A DNA stretch of 64,000 bases, taken from Candidatus Margulisiibacteriota bacterium. GTDB taxonomy: Bacteria; Margulisbacteria; Riflemargulisbacteria; GWF2-39-127. The translations under genes were made by a program, and so were the position numbers. The notes under the pieces are model-generated. The model saw nothing but the letters and a program-made list of their open reading frames with translations. It made no database searches and was not told where the DNA came from. How positions within the stretch are numbered: position 1 is the stretch's first letter; each line of letters begins with the position of its first letter. Positions 8,425 to 18,350 of the stretch are shown here, piece by piece. The stretch covers positions 1,982 through 65,981 of the forward strand of contig QKMY01000023.1 of the NCBI GenBank assembly GCA_003242895.1, given 5' to 3'.

Positions 8425-10239
8425 TTAATCTAATTTTGCAATTTCTTCAAAGCGAATATCCATTCCAATAATACCGCAGATATTGTCTTGTAAATCGACA
8501 ATCGGCGCGGACACTGTTATACACCAGGCGCCAGTTATTCTTGAAGTATAGAATTTTGTCGCATGATGCTGACCGTCCTGTAGCGGAGTCAGGAACCATG
8601 TTCTGTCTGAAAAATTAGTATTCATGTCGATGGATTGATCGTATTTTCCTTTGTCTTCTAACTGAGATATGTTTTTGGTTATTTTCTGTCCATCAGTATT
8701 GACGACGTAAATAAACTGGATAAAATGGTACTTGTTGGCATAATTAAGAAGTATTTTTTCTATAATTGATGCCTTCATGGTTTTTAGTTCGTCTCTATTG
8801 CTGATTTCTTCAAGTATTTCGAATGCAGTTTCTTTTACTTCGTCAATTAATCGATCGAAGTCGGATTCTACTAGCCCAGGAATATGTATTTTGACCTGTT
8901 CAAGCAACTCTTCATTCGAAACGTCAGTGGTCCTTCCATTATCATATTCTTCCAGAATCCAGTCATATATTTTCTTAACTCCCGGGTGTCGCTTATTAAT
9001 CGATTCGACTTTTTTATCTTTAACCACGTAAACGTTAATCCAATGCGCAACACCAGCAACACCTGACTTGTCTGATACAGAAACATCAAGAGTCCTGTTA
9101 AGCAATTTGTCAGTGTCAAAAATACTGTATATTTCTCTGTTTTTAATAACGCCATCTGCATGAATTCCTGCTCTTGTGGTGTTGAAGTCACGGCCTAGGA
9201 ATGGGTAGTTATAAGGGATAGTGTACTCAAGTTCTTTTTCGAAATATTCACCGATTTCGGTGATAACGGTTGTATCAATTTCTTTGTCATTTCCATAAAG
9301 GCTTATATATTCGATAATTGCTGCTTCAAGGGGAGAATTGCCGGTTCTTTCTCCAATTCCAAGCAATGAAGCGTTAACAGCGGCGCATCCGTAGAGCCAC
9401 GCTGTTACAGAATTAGCATGAACTTTGTGAAAATCATTGTGTCCGTGCCATTCAAGATGTTCGGATGGAACCCCCCCGTCATGGACAAGGCTATGAATTA
9501 TCTTGGCAACACTTCGTGGGAGCGCAGCATTAGGATATGGTACCCCGTAACCCATTGTATCGCAGGCCCTTATTTTTATAGGAATGCCGGATTCTTCCTG
9601 CAGCTCCATTAACTTCTGCACAAAGGGGATTACGAATCCATAGATATCTGCCCTGGTAATGTCTTCCAGGTGGCAGCGAGGTATAATTCCTTCTTCTAAA
9701 GACGTTCTCACGATGTCTAAATAAGAGTCCATCGCTTCTTTTCTTGTTTTGCCGAGTTTCAGAAAAATATGATAGTCAGAGACTGAAGTGAGTATCCCTG
9801 TTTCCTTTATTCCCATTTCTTTGACAAGTTTAAAGTCACTTTTAACTGCTCTGATCCAACTCGAGATAATTGGATATTTATAATCAAGTTCCATACATTT
9901 TTCTACAGCTTCGCGATCTTTTTTGCTATAAAGGAAGAATTCGGTCATTCTAATGAGTCCATGAGGCCCGCTAAGTCTATGCAGATATTTATAGAGCTGT
10001 ACTATTTGCTCAACGGTATAGGGTGGACGGCTTTGCTGTCCATCACGGAAGGTCGTGTCTGTTATCCAGACATCTTTTGGCGGCGATGGGAGTATTATCG
10101 AACTGTCAAAGTCGATTTTACATACCTCATCAAAGGGAAAAGTATCTCTATACAATTGAGGTTCTTTGACGTCTTGAAGGTCAAATTTAATTCTTTGCTT
10201 GCTTGCAAATAAACCACTGGAATCTTTAACGATAGTCAC
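8425..10239 (-). CDS. LeuA/NifV/Re-citrate-synthase family acyl-CoA:2-oxoacid condensing enzyme with a C-terminal Cache/PAS-like small-molecule-binding domain
   Basis: The DRE-TIM HMGL-like catalytic core (DTTFRDGQQS ... HGHNDF) is followed by about 150 aa matching the Cache pattern (YVVNTDGQKI..SDRTWF...YTSRITGAWCITVSAPIVD..NICGIIGMDIRFEEI). Operon context with aconitase and icd suggests a citrate (Re-type) synthase role. Confidence 0.7.
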   Translation of the reverse strand: MTIVKDSSGLFASKQRIKFDLQDVKEPQLYRDTFPFDEVCKIDFDSSIILPSPPKDVWITDTTFRDGQQSRPPYTVEQIVQLYKYLHRLSGPHGLIRMTEFFLYSKKDREAVEKCMELDYKYPIISSWIRAVKSDFKLVKEMGIKETGILTSVSDYHIFLKLGKTRKEAMDSYLDIVRTSLEEGIIPRCHLEDITRADIYGFVIPFVQKLMELQEESGIPIKIRACDTMGYGVPYPNAALPRSVAKIIHSLVHDGGVPSEHLEWHGHNDFHKVHANSVTAWLYGCAAVNASLLGIGERTGNSPLEAAIIEYISLYGNDKEIDTTVITEIGEYFEKELEYTIPYNYPFLGRDFNTTRAGIHADGVIKNREIYSIFDTDKLLNRTLDVSVSDKSGVAGVAHWINVYVVKDKKVESINKRHPGVKKIYDWILEEYDNGRTTDVSNEELLEQVKIHIPGLVESDFDRLIDEVKETAFEILEEISNRDELKTMKASIIEKILLNYANKYHFIQFIYVVNTDGQKITKNISQLEDKGKYDQSIDMNTNFSDRTWFLTPLQDGQHHATKFYTSRITGAWCITVSAPIVDLQDNICGIIGMDIRFEEIAKLD

Positions 10240-10358
10240 TTTGGCACCTCATTGTTTTTCTTGCGTTTTTGAGTCAATAATTTGTTGAGTCATTATATCA
10301 TAGTAAAGCTCATAACCACAATATATCCTGGACAAATTCTATTTCGATTGGTTATAGC

Positions 10359-10387
10359 CTCAGTCCTGCTCCAAAAGCGGGACTGAG
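10359..10387. terminator. GC-rich hairpin between the GH57 gene and the TCA operon (weak terminator candidate)
   Basis: An 8-bp stem (CTCAGTCC...GGACTGAG) with a 13-nt loop. A T-run follows only on the plus side (10402-10407). Confidence 0.25.
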
Positions 10388-10416
10388 ATAGATAATAAAG
10401 ATTTTTTGTGGCTTAA

Positions 10417-13008
10417 CTACGGCCAATATTCCGGACTGTTGAATAAATGCTCAAGGAATGGACTAATTTGTTTTTTGTAGTTTTCTACCTCGAAGTTTAG
10501 CAATTCCGCAATAGAGAGCATATCATTTATTTCTTCAATCTCACGTGTGTTCTTTTCCGGGTTTATTACTTTGCTTGTTTTTTTCTCAACATTAAGCAAT
10601 AACTCGAACATTATATTCTGCGCAGTCATAGATTCTAGGTTGATATCAAACTCTTTTGCTATTTTAAACAACATCCTGATGTCTTTTGTTGTTTCGAATG
10701 AATATTTTTTCTGCAGTGAAATCATTAAATTAGTTAGCGATTTTACAAGCATCCGGCATATTTTGGAATTATTTATCGTTAGTTTATAACGTTTGGCTAA
10801 TCTCCATAGTTCAAAGGCATCTTCATATGCGGAAAAATTGAAGTTCTCCCGGTTTTTCTCAAGTTCGGACAGGAGCATCATCTCAATTGAAAGCTCAGCA
10901 GTGAATTTTAGCTGGACAGGAAGATTAATTCCAAGAGAGACCGCCGATCCAATAAGATCAATATTGTGATGGTAAATGTTAATGAAGGATTCATTGATTG
11001 CATCGGTCCTCTGTTCCAGAATACTTTGTATGAGTTCCTGGCTCTCTTCCATGTAAATGTCTTTTAGTGTGTAATACCTGTCTTCGCACATCTGTTCTAT
11101 TTCATAAGGAGTGGCGTTTCCTTTTTGATTGATAATTTTTAAGGCATTGGTCTTGCATTTATTAAAATCTTCGTGGTTGCTTATTTTCTTTATGTAGCTT
11201 CGAAAGTTATTGAAATCAAGCTGTACGGTATAAGAAAAATATTTCGCTGTTTCCCGGGTTAACTTGTCGGTTGTTTCAATATAAAGAAAAATAAGATTGT
11301 AATTTTCTGCTTCAATTATCTCTTCGTCTGGGTGAAAGCTTTTATCCAGAACTTTGATTGAATGCAGGCATATTTCATCTTTGGGGAATTTCTGTAAGAT
11401 GAGGTAGTTAATCCCGAACTGATTTACTATCATTTGAGGCGATATAATGTGAGGTTTTATCCAATTAACATATATGTTTTCACCATTATTGCCATTTCCC
11501 AGGTTCGATTCTGCTTCTTTTAGTTTTGAAAGAAATAATTTTTCAAGATCAATATCTGTAAATTCTTGATAGATTTGTATTGCTCTTGCTGCATACTTGA
11601 TTACCTGTACTGTCTCGATGCCGGAGATATCGGCAAAAAACCATGCGCAGCTTGTATACATGAGTAGTGCATTTCTTTGCCCTTCGAGCAGTTTAAGGAT
11701 TTTGCTTTCTTCTTTTTCTGTTAGGTCTTTTAGCTTGCTGCGATTGAGAAAACTATCTATTGATGAAGTGCTTCTATTCAGGATAACGTTAATATAGTCA
11801 TCTCTGGTATCCCATGGGTTGGTTACTAGCCCTTTACTTTCTTTTTCAAATATCATAATCATATGATCCCGGAGTAAGTCTAGCGACTGGCGAAGCGGAG
11901 CTCTCCATTGCTGGTTCCAGCCTTCTTGAGCTCCAGTGCTGCAGCCGCAATCACGATACCATCTGCCGACGCCGTGTGCACAGCTCCAGGCAGTACCTTC
12001 GCCTCCCCAATTTTTGAGGACTACTTCGTCTGTCGGTGGGTACATAGCAAGGTAGTTTCCATAATTGGTTACAGTGAATTCTGTGTTTTTGATTTCTTTG
12101 AAGAACATGTATGCAAGGCACATGTCTCCAAAGGCTTCATGATGCCCGTATGATTCTCCATCAGTACCTATATTAATTAACTGTGGCGGTTTGCGGTTGT
12201 GATCGATAGCAGTGTGAAGCCTGTTCGAAAACGCTGAAGCGCTTTTTAATATATGCTCAAATGCGACTGCTTGGGATATTGGGCCATCATAAAAGAATAC
12301 ATCGAGATATTTGCCGGAAATGTTTTTATCATTTTTATCCTTAAGATAAATGCGGTAAGGTTTCTTGGGATCTATCGAACTGTTTGATACATCGGCCCAC
12401 TCTGTTTTGCCGAATGATCGTACCTTAAGCGCTTGTGTCGGCGAGAGAACTGTGAACTTAATCCCTTCAGCAATTAAGCACTCAGCAGTTTCTTTGTTTA
12501 TTGCCGTCTCTGCCAGCCATATTCCTTCCGGTATCCTTTTGAACCGATGTGTGAAATCAGCCATTCCCCATTTTATCTGGGTGATTTTATCTTTTTTATT
12601 AGCCAGCGGCATAATAATATGATTATATACTTGGGCGATACCATTCCCATGACCGTTATTATCTTTGATGCTTTTTTTGTCTGCTGCTAAGATCCTATAA
12701 TACGTGTGAGGATCTTTTGCTTCTATCCATTGTATAAGCGTGGGACCTATATCAAAGTTAATATGCTCATAATTATTCATTATTTGAATTATTCTCCCTG
12801 CGTTATTAAGAACGCGGGACACAGAGTTAGGGCGATAGCACTGATCATTGATTTTTTGATTCCAATCATGAAAAGGGCTTGCGCTATCCTGTATTTCTAT
12901 TTGCTCACTCCAGGGATTTTCTCTTGGAGGTTGATAAAAATGTCCATGAATTGTAAGACATATCATCGGTTTGTTTTTTCTTTTTTTTCCTATATTCATA
13001 GTTGCCAA
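10417..13008 (-). CDS. glycoside hydrolase family 57 protein (alpha-glucan-active; GH57 catalytic domain plus a long C-terminal helical region)
   Basis: The N-terminus carries the HGHFYQPPREN motif typical of GH57. Total length is 863 aa. Confidence 0.8.
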   Translation of the reverse strand: MATMNIGKKRKNKPMICLTIHGHFYQPPRENPWSEQIEIQDSASPFHDWNQKINDQCYRPNSVSRVLNNAGRIIQIMNNYEHINFDIGPTLIQWIEAKDPHTYYRILAADKKSIKDNNGHGNGIAQVYNHIIMPLANKKDKITQIKWGMADFTHRFKRIPEGIWLAETAINKETAECLIAEGIKFTVLSPTQALKVRSFGKTEWADVSNSSIDPKKPYRIYLKDKNDKNISGKYLDVFFYDGPISQAVAFEHILKSASAFSNRLHTAIDHNRKPPQLINIGTDGESYGHHEAFGDMCLAYMFFKEIKNTEFTVTNYGNYLAMYPPTDEVVLKNWGGEGTAWSCAHGVGRWYRDCGCSTGAQEGWNQQWRAPLRQSLDLLRDHMIMIFEKESKGLVTNPWDTRDDYINVILNRSTSSIDSFLNRSKLKDLTEKEESKILKLLEGQRNALLMYTSCAWFFADISGIETVQVIKYAARAIQIYQEFTDIDLEKLFLSKLKEAESNLGNGNNGENIYVNWIKPHIISPQMIVNQFGINYLILQKFPKDEICLHSIKVLDKSFHPDEEIIEAENYNLIFLYIETTDKLTRETAKYFSYTVQLDFNNFRSYIKKISNHEDFNKCKTNALKIINQKGNATPYEIEQMCEDRYYTLKDIYMEESQELIQSILEQRTDAINESFINIYHHNIDLIGSAVSLGINLPVQLKFTAELSIEMMLLSELEKNRENFNFSAYEDAFELWRLAKRYKLTINNSKICRMLVKSLTNLMISLQKKYSFETTKDIRMLFKIAKEFDINLESMTAQNIMFELLLNVEKKTSKVINPEKNTREIEEINDMLSIAELLNFEVENYKKQISPFLEHLFNSPEYWP

Positions 13009-13154
13009 GGGTTCTCCTCCGTACCTAAAAATGCAAATTAAATAATTTTTAATATTTTACTACAAATTACTCTTGCTAGTTAATTTCTAGCCGGTATATA
13101 TTCTCTTTCACATTATACTCTATGCGGCATCGAATATGAATCGATATCCACAGC

Positions 13155-13679
13155 TTATTGCGGGTTCCTGAAAGTAGGTGCTGTTTTGGGAGAAGTGCCT
13201 TTTTTTGCTTCATGATAATATGAATACGTCATAGGCTCACCTTCTCTAATGATTTCACCTTCAACTATATTTCCGAGGAACAACGTGTGTGTTCCGACAT
13301 CTAGAGCATTTGCCACTTCAAGTTCAAGATATGCCAAAGTATTCTCAGTAACAATCGGAACTCCAGTCTTACCAATGAGGTAGTTAATCCCTTCGAATTT
13401 GTTGATTTCACGGCCTGATCTGAATCCGAATTTTCCTATTAGGCTGGTAGGGGTTTCTTTTTCTAAGATAGAAACACTGAAAAGATTACTTTTTGTAATA
13501 AATTCATGCGTGAGGTTCTCTTTGTGAATGCTTATTGCTAACATAGGAGGTTTCGCTGTTACTTGAAAGACGGTATTAGCTGTCTGTCCGTTCAATATCC
13601 CATCTTTAATTGAGCTTACTATATAGACTCCGTAATTAATTTGATAAAGTGCTAACGCATTCATAATTGGTATCCTCAA
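13155..13679 (-). CDS. flavin reductase-like (FMN-binding split-barrel) protein
   Basis: The profile (GVYIVSS..DG..NGQTANTV.QV...PP) resembles the flavin reductase/flavoredoxin family. Confidence 0.6.
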   Translation of the reverse strand: MRIPIMNALALYQINYGVYIVSSIKDGILNGQTANTVFQVTAKPPMLAISIHKENLTHEFITKSNLFSVSILEKETPTSLIGKFGFRSGREINKFEGINYLIGKTGVPIVTENTLAYLELEVANALDVGTHTLFLGNIVEGEIIREGEPMTYSYYHEAKKGTSPKTAPTFRNPQ

Positions 13680-13840
13680 AATATTTAAATTTAGTTCATT
13701 GGGAATACTACTAAAATACTACAAAAATTTATACTTAAAATATTATACACATACTCTGCTCATATTATCAATTTCCAGGGAGGCAGTGGGTGCAAAATTA
13801 GTTATTAACTTATACTCTAATCTATAATATAATCTGGCCT

Positions 13841-14200
13841 ATGATTATATCGAAGAAGGTTGCTATCTATTATTTACCGCCGATTTTGTATATGGGGATA
13901 ATTTTTTATTTATCCAGCCGGCCGGGAAGCAGTCTTCACCTGCCAGAATTTTCCAATATCGACAAGCTTTTGCATTTTGCTGAATATTTGGGGTTGTCCT
14001 TTTTGTGTTATCGGGCTCTCTTCGCTGATAAAAGATGGCAGTTTAAAAAAATATCAGGAGCTGTTATTGCTTTTGTTGCGCTTTTTGCTTTTTTTGATGA
14101 ACTGCATCAGTATTTTGTGCCTGGAAGAGACGCTTCTGCCGCAGATTTTTCGGTCGATGTTCTCGGTGTTCTTGTCATGTCTTGGTTTTATAAAGAATAA
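13841..14200 (+). CDS. VanZ-like family membrane protein
   Basis: A 119-aa multi-TM protein with the DELHQ...D..SV.D motif characteristic of VanZ. Confidence 0.65.
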   Translation: MIISKKVAIYYLPPILYMGIIFYLSSRPGSSLHLPEFSNIDKLLHFAEYLGLSFLCYRALFADKRWQFKKISGAVIAFVALFAFFDELHQYFVPGRDASAADFSVDVLGVLVMSWFYKE

Positions 14201-14391
14201 TCATGATTTTTTTATCTACTAAAAGCCTTTTTGCTATGATAAAATGGAAATAGAACTATTGCAAATAACGATCAAGCTTTTTGTTGTTATTGCGTTGTTC
14301 AAAATTATCTAAATATATTCCTAAAATGGAACCCTTTGTAATGAAGATACCTTGGTAATTCTTATGAATCCTTGTATGGGTTGGTATCTGT

Positions 14392-17025
14392 ATGTCTTTG
14401 TTTGCATCTTTTCTATTGTTGATTTTAGCTGGTGGAGTTATATCATTGAAACATATCAAATTCTTAGTTTTTATAGTTATTGCAGCAATTGTATCGTTTG
14501 TCAGTGTTGGGTTTGCAGATAATTTTACATTTATTGAAGCTTCTAACATAGTTATCGACTACAATGGACAGCATATCGTTTGGGGGACTGAGCCGGTATA
14601 CTGTGAAAGTATCCTCTATGTGCCACTCAGAGACCTCATGCCGGTTCTAGACTTTTCCCTTTTTACTAATCGACGTTCATTATTGACGACGCTACAGCGG
14701 CATAGTGATAATTTTCAGATTATTATTGAAGAGGGAAGCCCGATCATTACTGTAGGTGGAAAACAGGAAAACATTTCCAATGATGTGAGAATTATCAAGA
14801 ACAGGATATACGTTCCTTTTATAAATTTTATTGAAAAAATCGGCTATCGAGCACAAAAGGACAAAAAGCTTTTTACAATAGTGCCGGTTATTAATTCTAT
14901 TTCGGTTGAGAATAATTCTTTCATCATTGAGGGCGTCGCCCCGTTTGAGTATAAAGTAGATTATTATAAACAAAAAAGAAAATTACAAATCAGGTTGAGG
15001 GGTTATATTTCGAACAAAACTGTTTCCCAGGAAAAGCTGGAAGATCGTGGAATTGAGTCCGTTGCTGTGAAACAGGTCGATAAGAGTAATCTTGATACCC
15101 TGTTTGAAGTTACATTTCTCGAAGGAACAAAGTACAACTTATACAAATACGAAGGCCGGAACGTTATAGAACTTGAAGTTATTCCCCATAATTCTGCTGC
15201 GTTGGCTAAAAGAAAAGAAGACATTAAAGCTATATTCGAAAACAAAGAGAAAAATATCGAGAAGAGCATTAATGTTACTGCAAAACCAAAAGAGAACGAG
15301 CCGTTAACTAATAATATTAAGGTTGAGCAAACAAAAGTTATTACTACAACTTCACGCTTTGATAAACCTTCTCATAACTCCATCTGGCTGCCGAATCTTA
15401 AAGATCGAAAGCAACTTGATTTTTCCGTTAGCGGAAAAGATGTGTTGTTGAAGGCACCGTTTACGTATCAAGACAAGTCGCTCATGGTCCCGTTGAAGCT
15501 TGTTTTTGAGAAGGCGGGATATAATGTCCATATTAATGCTGATAAGCACCAGGCAACAATTTACCGGGATGACGGTATTGATTATTTGATTAGTGCCGGA
15601 CAGTTGGAAATACAGAATCGTGGGGTAAATAAAAATGGAGCTTTAATCCTTGATACACCTCCTAAAATTATAAATGGAGATATGTACGTTCCTCTTATCG
15701 CGTTTGCCAGAATTATTGGAATGGGAGTCAGATGGGATTCCAAGCTCGAAAAAGTATTTGTTAACCATCGAATTTATGAAGTTGTCTATGAGGAATCGGC
15801 TGGAACGCGCCAGATAACAATTAAATGTACCGGAGAAATTAGGCTGGATAGTGTTTTTGAGGTAGTTAGTCCAAGCATGTTATTAATTACTATTCCAAAT
15901 ACAAACCTGGATGTGCCTGATCCGATCATTGAAATTAATGATGAAAAAATAAAATCTTATCGATTGGCCCAATTGACCAACAATAATTGCCGGATCGCCA
16001 TTGATACGAAGGGGAAAATTCCTTATGGTGTAGTGGATAACGATAATATCCTGGAAGGCACTATTCGATTTGCGGGAGAACTTACCAGTGTCCTTTTGAA
16101 ATCAAACAAGGATGTTTCAGAAATAGTATTGCAAAGCTCATCGAAGATCACTCCGATAATTCAAAAAATCAATGATCCTTTTCGGTTGGTAATTGATGTT
16201 CCTGATATTGTTCTTAAGACGCCCCAGTTTTATGAAGGAGATGGGAAAATAATAAAAAGAGTGAGGGCATCTCAATATCAATGGAATCCTCTGGTAACAA
16301 GAGTCGTTGTTGAGCTAGAGAAGGATGCGTACTATAATACACAGCGTAACGGCGATGACAAGTTGCTTTCAGTGGTTTTGAGCCTGAAAGATATTAAAGA
16401 ACTTAAAGAAAAAGTAGTTGAAGAATTGAAGGCGATTATACCGAAAAAAGAACCGTCGCTTTCTCCTTTGCTTAAAGATAAGATCATTGTTATTGAAGCC
16501 GGGCATGGAGGCCGTGATCCCGGGTGTATTGGCATTGGCGGTACATTAGAAAAAGAACCTGCGCTTAAAACATCAAAGATTATCCAGGAAGAATTAGCTC
16601 AACGTGGAGCAAAAGTAATGATGGCCAGGGAATCTGATGTTTATATGAGCCTTAATGACAGGGTGTTTTTTGCTAATAAGAATCGTGCGGACGTTTTTAT
16701 TAGTGTTCATTATAATTCGTTTGTTAATGGAACCATTTCCGGTACTGAGACATTTTATTCCAAGCCCATAGACCAGGCGCTGGCTAGTGCTGTTCATAAA
16801 GCGATGGTAGAGAAACTGAAAAGGACAGATAAGGGAACAAGAAAAGCAATGCTCTATGTCCTGAATTATACGACGATGCCGGCTATCTGCATCGAACCGG
16901 TTTTTTTATCTAATAAATGGGATGAGCTATTGGCAAATGATGAGAACTTTCAGAAAAAAGTTGCTCTGGCAGTATGCCAGGGTATCGAAGAGTATTTTAA
17001 AAATGTAAAAGGGGGCAAAAAGTAA
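14392..17025 (+). CDS. N-acetylmuramoyl-L-alanine amidase (AmiC-like) with N-terminal TM, copper-amine-oxidase-N-like stalk repeats and AMIN domains
   Basis: The C-terminal Amidase_3 domain reads IIVIEAGHGGRDPG ... VFISVHYNSF. An AMIN-like segment is present (TRVVVELEKDAYYN). Repeats of type YVPL..F...GY are also present. Confidence 0.8.
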   Translation: MSLFASFLLLILAGGVISLKHIKFLVFIVIAAIVSFVSVGFADNFTFIEASNIVIDYNGQHIVWGTEPVYCESILYVPLRDLMPVLDFSLFTNRRSLLTTLQRHSDNFQIIIEEGSPIITVGGKQENISNDVRIIKNRIYVPFINFIEKIGYRAQKDKKLFTIVPVINSISVENNSFIIEGVAPFEYKVDYYKQKRKLQIRLRGYISNKTVSQEKLEDRGIESVAVKQVDKSNLDTLFEVTFLEGTKYNLYKYEGRNVIELEVIPHNSAALAKRKEDIKAIFENKEKNIEKSINVTAKPKENEPLTNNIKVEQTKVITTTSRFDKPSHNSIWLPNLKDRKQLDFSVSGKDVLLKAPFTYQDKSLMVPLKLVFEKAGYNVHINADKHQATIYRDDGIDYLISAGQLEIQNRGVNKNGALILDTPPKIINGDMYVPLIAFARIIGMGVRWDSKLEKVFVNHRIYEVVYEESAGTRQITIKCTGEIRLDSVFEVVSPSMLLITIPNTNLDVPDPIIEINDEKIKSYRLAQLTNNNCRIAIDTKGKIPYGVVDNDNILEGTIRFAGELTSVLLKSNKDVSEIVLQSSSKITPIIQKINDPFRLVIDVPDIVLKTPQFYEGDGKIIKRVRASQYQWNPLVTRVVVELEKDAYYNTQRNGDDKLLSVVLSLKDIKELKEKVVEELKAIIPKKEPSLSPLLKDKIIVIEAGHGGRDPGCIGIGGTLEKEPALKTSKIIQEELAQRGAKVMMARESDVYMSLNDRVFFANKNRADVFISVHYNSFVNGTISGTETFYSKPIDQALASAVHKAMVEKLKRTDKGTRKAMLYVLNYTTMPAICIEPVFLSNKWDELLANDENFQKKVALAVCQGIEEYFKNVKGGKK

Positions 17026-17832
17026 ATGTATCGTCTAGATCAACGGCCTATTGGGATGTTTGATTCTGGGTTCGGCGGATTGACAGTGCTTGCTCAGGTC
17101 AAAAAACTATTGCCTCAAGAAAATGTTCTTTATTATGGAGACAATCTCCGTGCCCCCTACGGGGGAAGGACCAAAGAAGAGATTATAGGTTTTAACCATG
17201 AAATAGTAGAATTCATGCTTGAAAAGCAGGTCAAAGCGATAATTATGGCCTGTAATACTTCTACCTCTCATGCCCTTCAGCATAATCGGGATCATTTTGA
17301 TGTTCCTTTTGTGAGCCTTATCGAACGTGGAATTGATATGGTATCGGAGATATCTAAAACCAGGAACGTAGCGGTTATGGCAACTGAAGGAACAGTACGG
17401 TCAAAATCGTTTACTGCTTCGATAACTTCTCGGTTTGACAATATTAAGGTTATGGAGATTGCCTGTCCGTTGCTTGTTCCGATTATTGAAAATGGTTCTA
17501 TTCATGATGAAAAAACCAGAGATATAGCCTCGCAATACTTGTCTGAAGCTTTACATCAACAGGCTGATGTAGTAATTTTGGGATGTACTCACTATCCTTT
17601 TCTGGTTCCGGTTTTACAGAAGATAGCACCTGAACATGTTACTTTTATTGACCCGGCAGTAGGTGCTTCTGAATATATTAAAAAATATTTGGAAAAAAAC
17701 GAATTGTTAAATAAATCAAATTGTAATGGCAATTATGAGTATTATACCTCCGGGGATACTATCAAATTCCAGGAATGCGGTAGTAGATTATTAGGATTTT
17801 CATTAGAAAATGTTCAGCATAAATCATTTTAA
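17026..17832 (+). CDS. murI: glutamate racemase
   Basis: The IGMFDSGFGGLTVL N-terminal motif and the Cys-containing MACNT and GCTHYP motifs are present. The start codon immediately follows the amidase stop. Confidence 0.9.
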   Translation: MYRLDQRPIGMFDSGFGGLTVLAQVKKLLPQENVLYYGDNLRAPYGGRTKEEIIGFNHEIVEFMLEKQVKAIIMACNTSTSHALQHNRDHFDVPFVSLIERGIDMVSEISKTRNVAVMATEGTVRSKSFTASITSRFDNIKVMEIACPLLVPIIENGSIHDEKTRDIASQYLSEALHQQADVVILGCTHYPFLVPVLQKIAPEHVTFIDPAVGASEYIKKYLEKNELLNKSNCNGNYEYYTSGDTIKFQECGSRLLGFSLENVQHKSF

Positions 17833-17932
17833 GGTATAGCATAATTAATTATTGTTTTTTACATAGAGTTCGATAATAAGAGAATTAGTAAAAATATTTG
17901 TGACATAGCTTGTTTGTTAAGGAGGATAAAAT

Positions 17933-18289
17933 ATGTTTTCGTTAATGGTGGAAGATACATTTTCCGCAGCTCATCAATTGTACGATTATAAAGGTCCTTG
18001 CGAGAACCTTCATGGTCATACCTGGAAAATTCAATTATTTGTAGAAGGCGATGTTCTTGATAAGGCTGGGATGCTTGTTGACTTCAGAGTGCTCAAAGCT
18101 ATTTTGAAAGAAGAACGAGATATTCTGGACCATTCGTATCTTAACAAAATAGTGGAGTTTTCTCCTACCTCTGAGAACCTTTCTAAATATTTGTTTGAGA
18201 GAATCTCGCTGAAAATGCCTGAAAATGTACATTTAAAAAAAGTGACCATTTGGGAGTCAGCGAGTACGTGGGCTAGTTACAGCCAGTAA
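17933..18289 (+). CDS. queD: 6-carboxy-5,6,7,8-tetrahydropterin synthase
   Basis: A 118-aa PTPS fold with the C..LHGHT Zn/catalytic motif. Confidence 0.85.
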   Translation: MFSLMVEDTFSAAHQLYDYKGPCENLHGHTWKIQLFVEGDVLDKAGMLVDFRVLKAILKEERDILDHSYLNKIVEFSPTSENLSKYLFERISLKMPENVHLKKVTIWESASTWASYSQ

Positions 18290-18300
18290 TTATTTTGAAT

Positions 18301-18326
18301 ACAGACGATGGATTATCTGTTTTTTT
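18301..18326 (+). terminator. weak hairpin plus T7 run between queD and queC (possible attenuator or weak terminator)
   Basis: The sequence ACAGAcgatggattaTCTGTttttttt has only a 5-bp stem. Confidence 0.25.
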
Positions 18327-18350
18327 ACCTTAGTAAGGGGTTATCGATTT

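Noticed and set aside
17833-17932. Possible preQ1 riboswitch in the queD leader
   Set aside because: No short hairpin followed by the A-rich ACUA tail characteristic of preQ1-I was apparent by eye.
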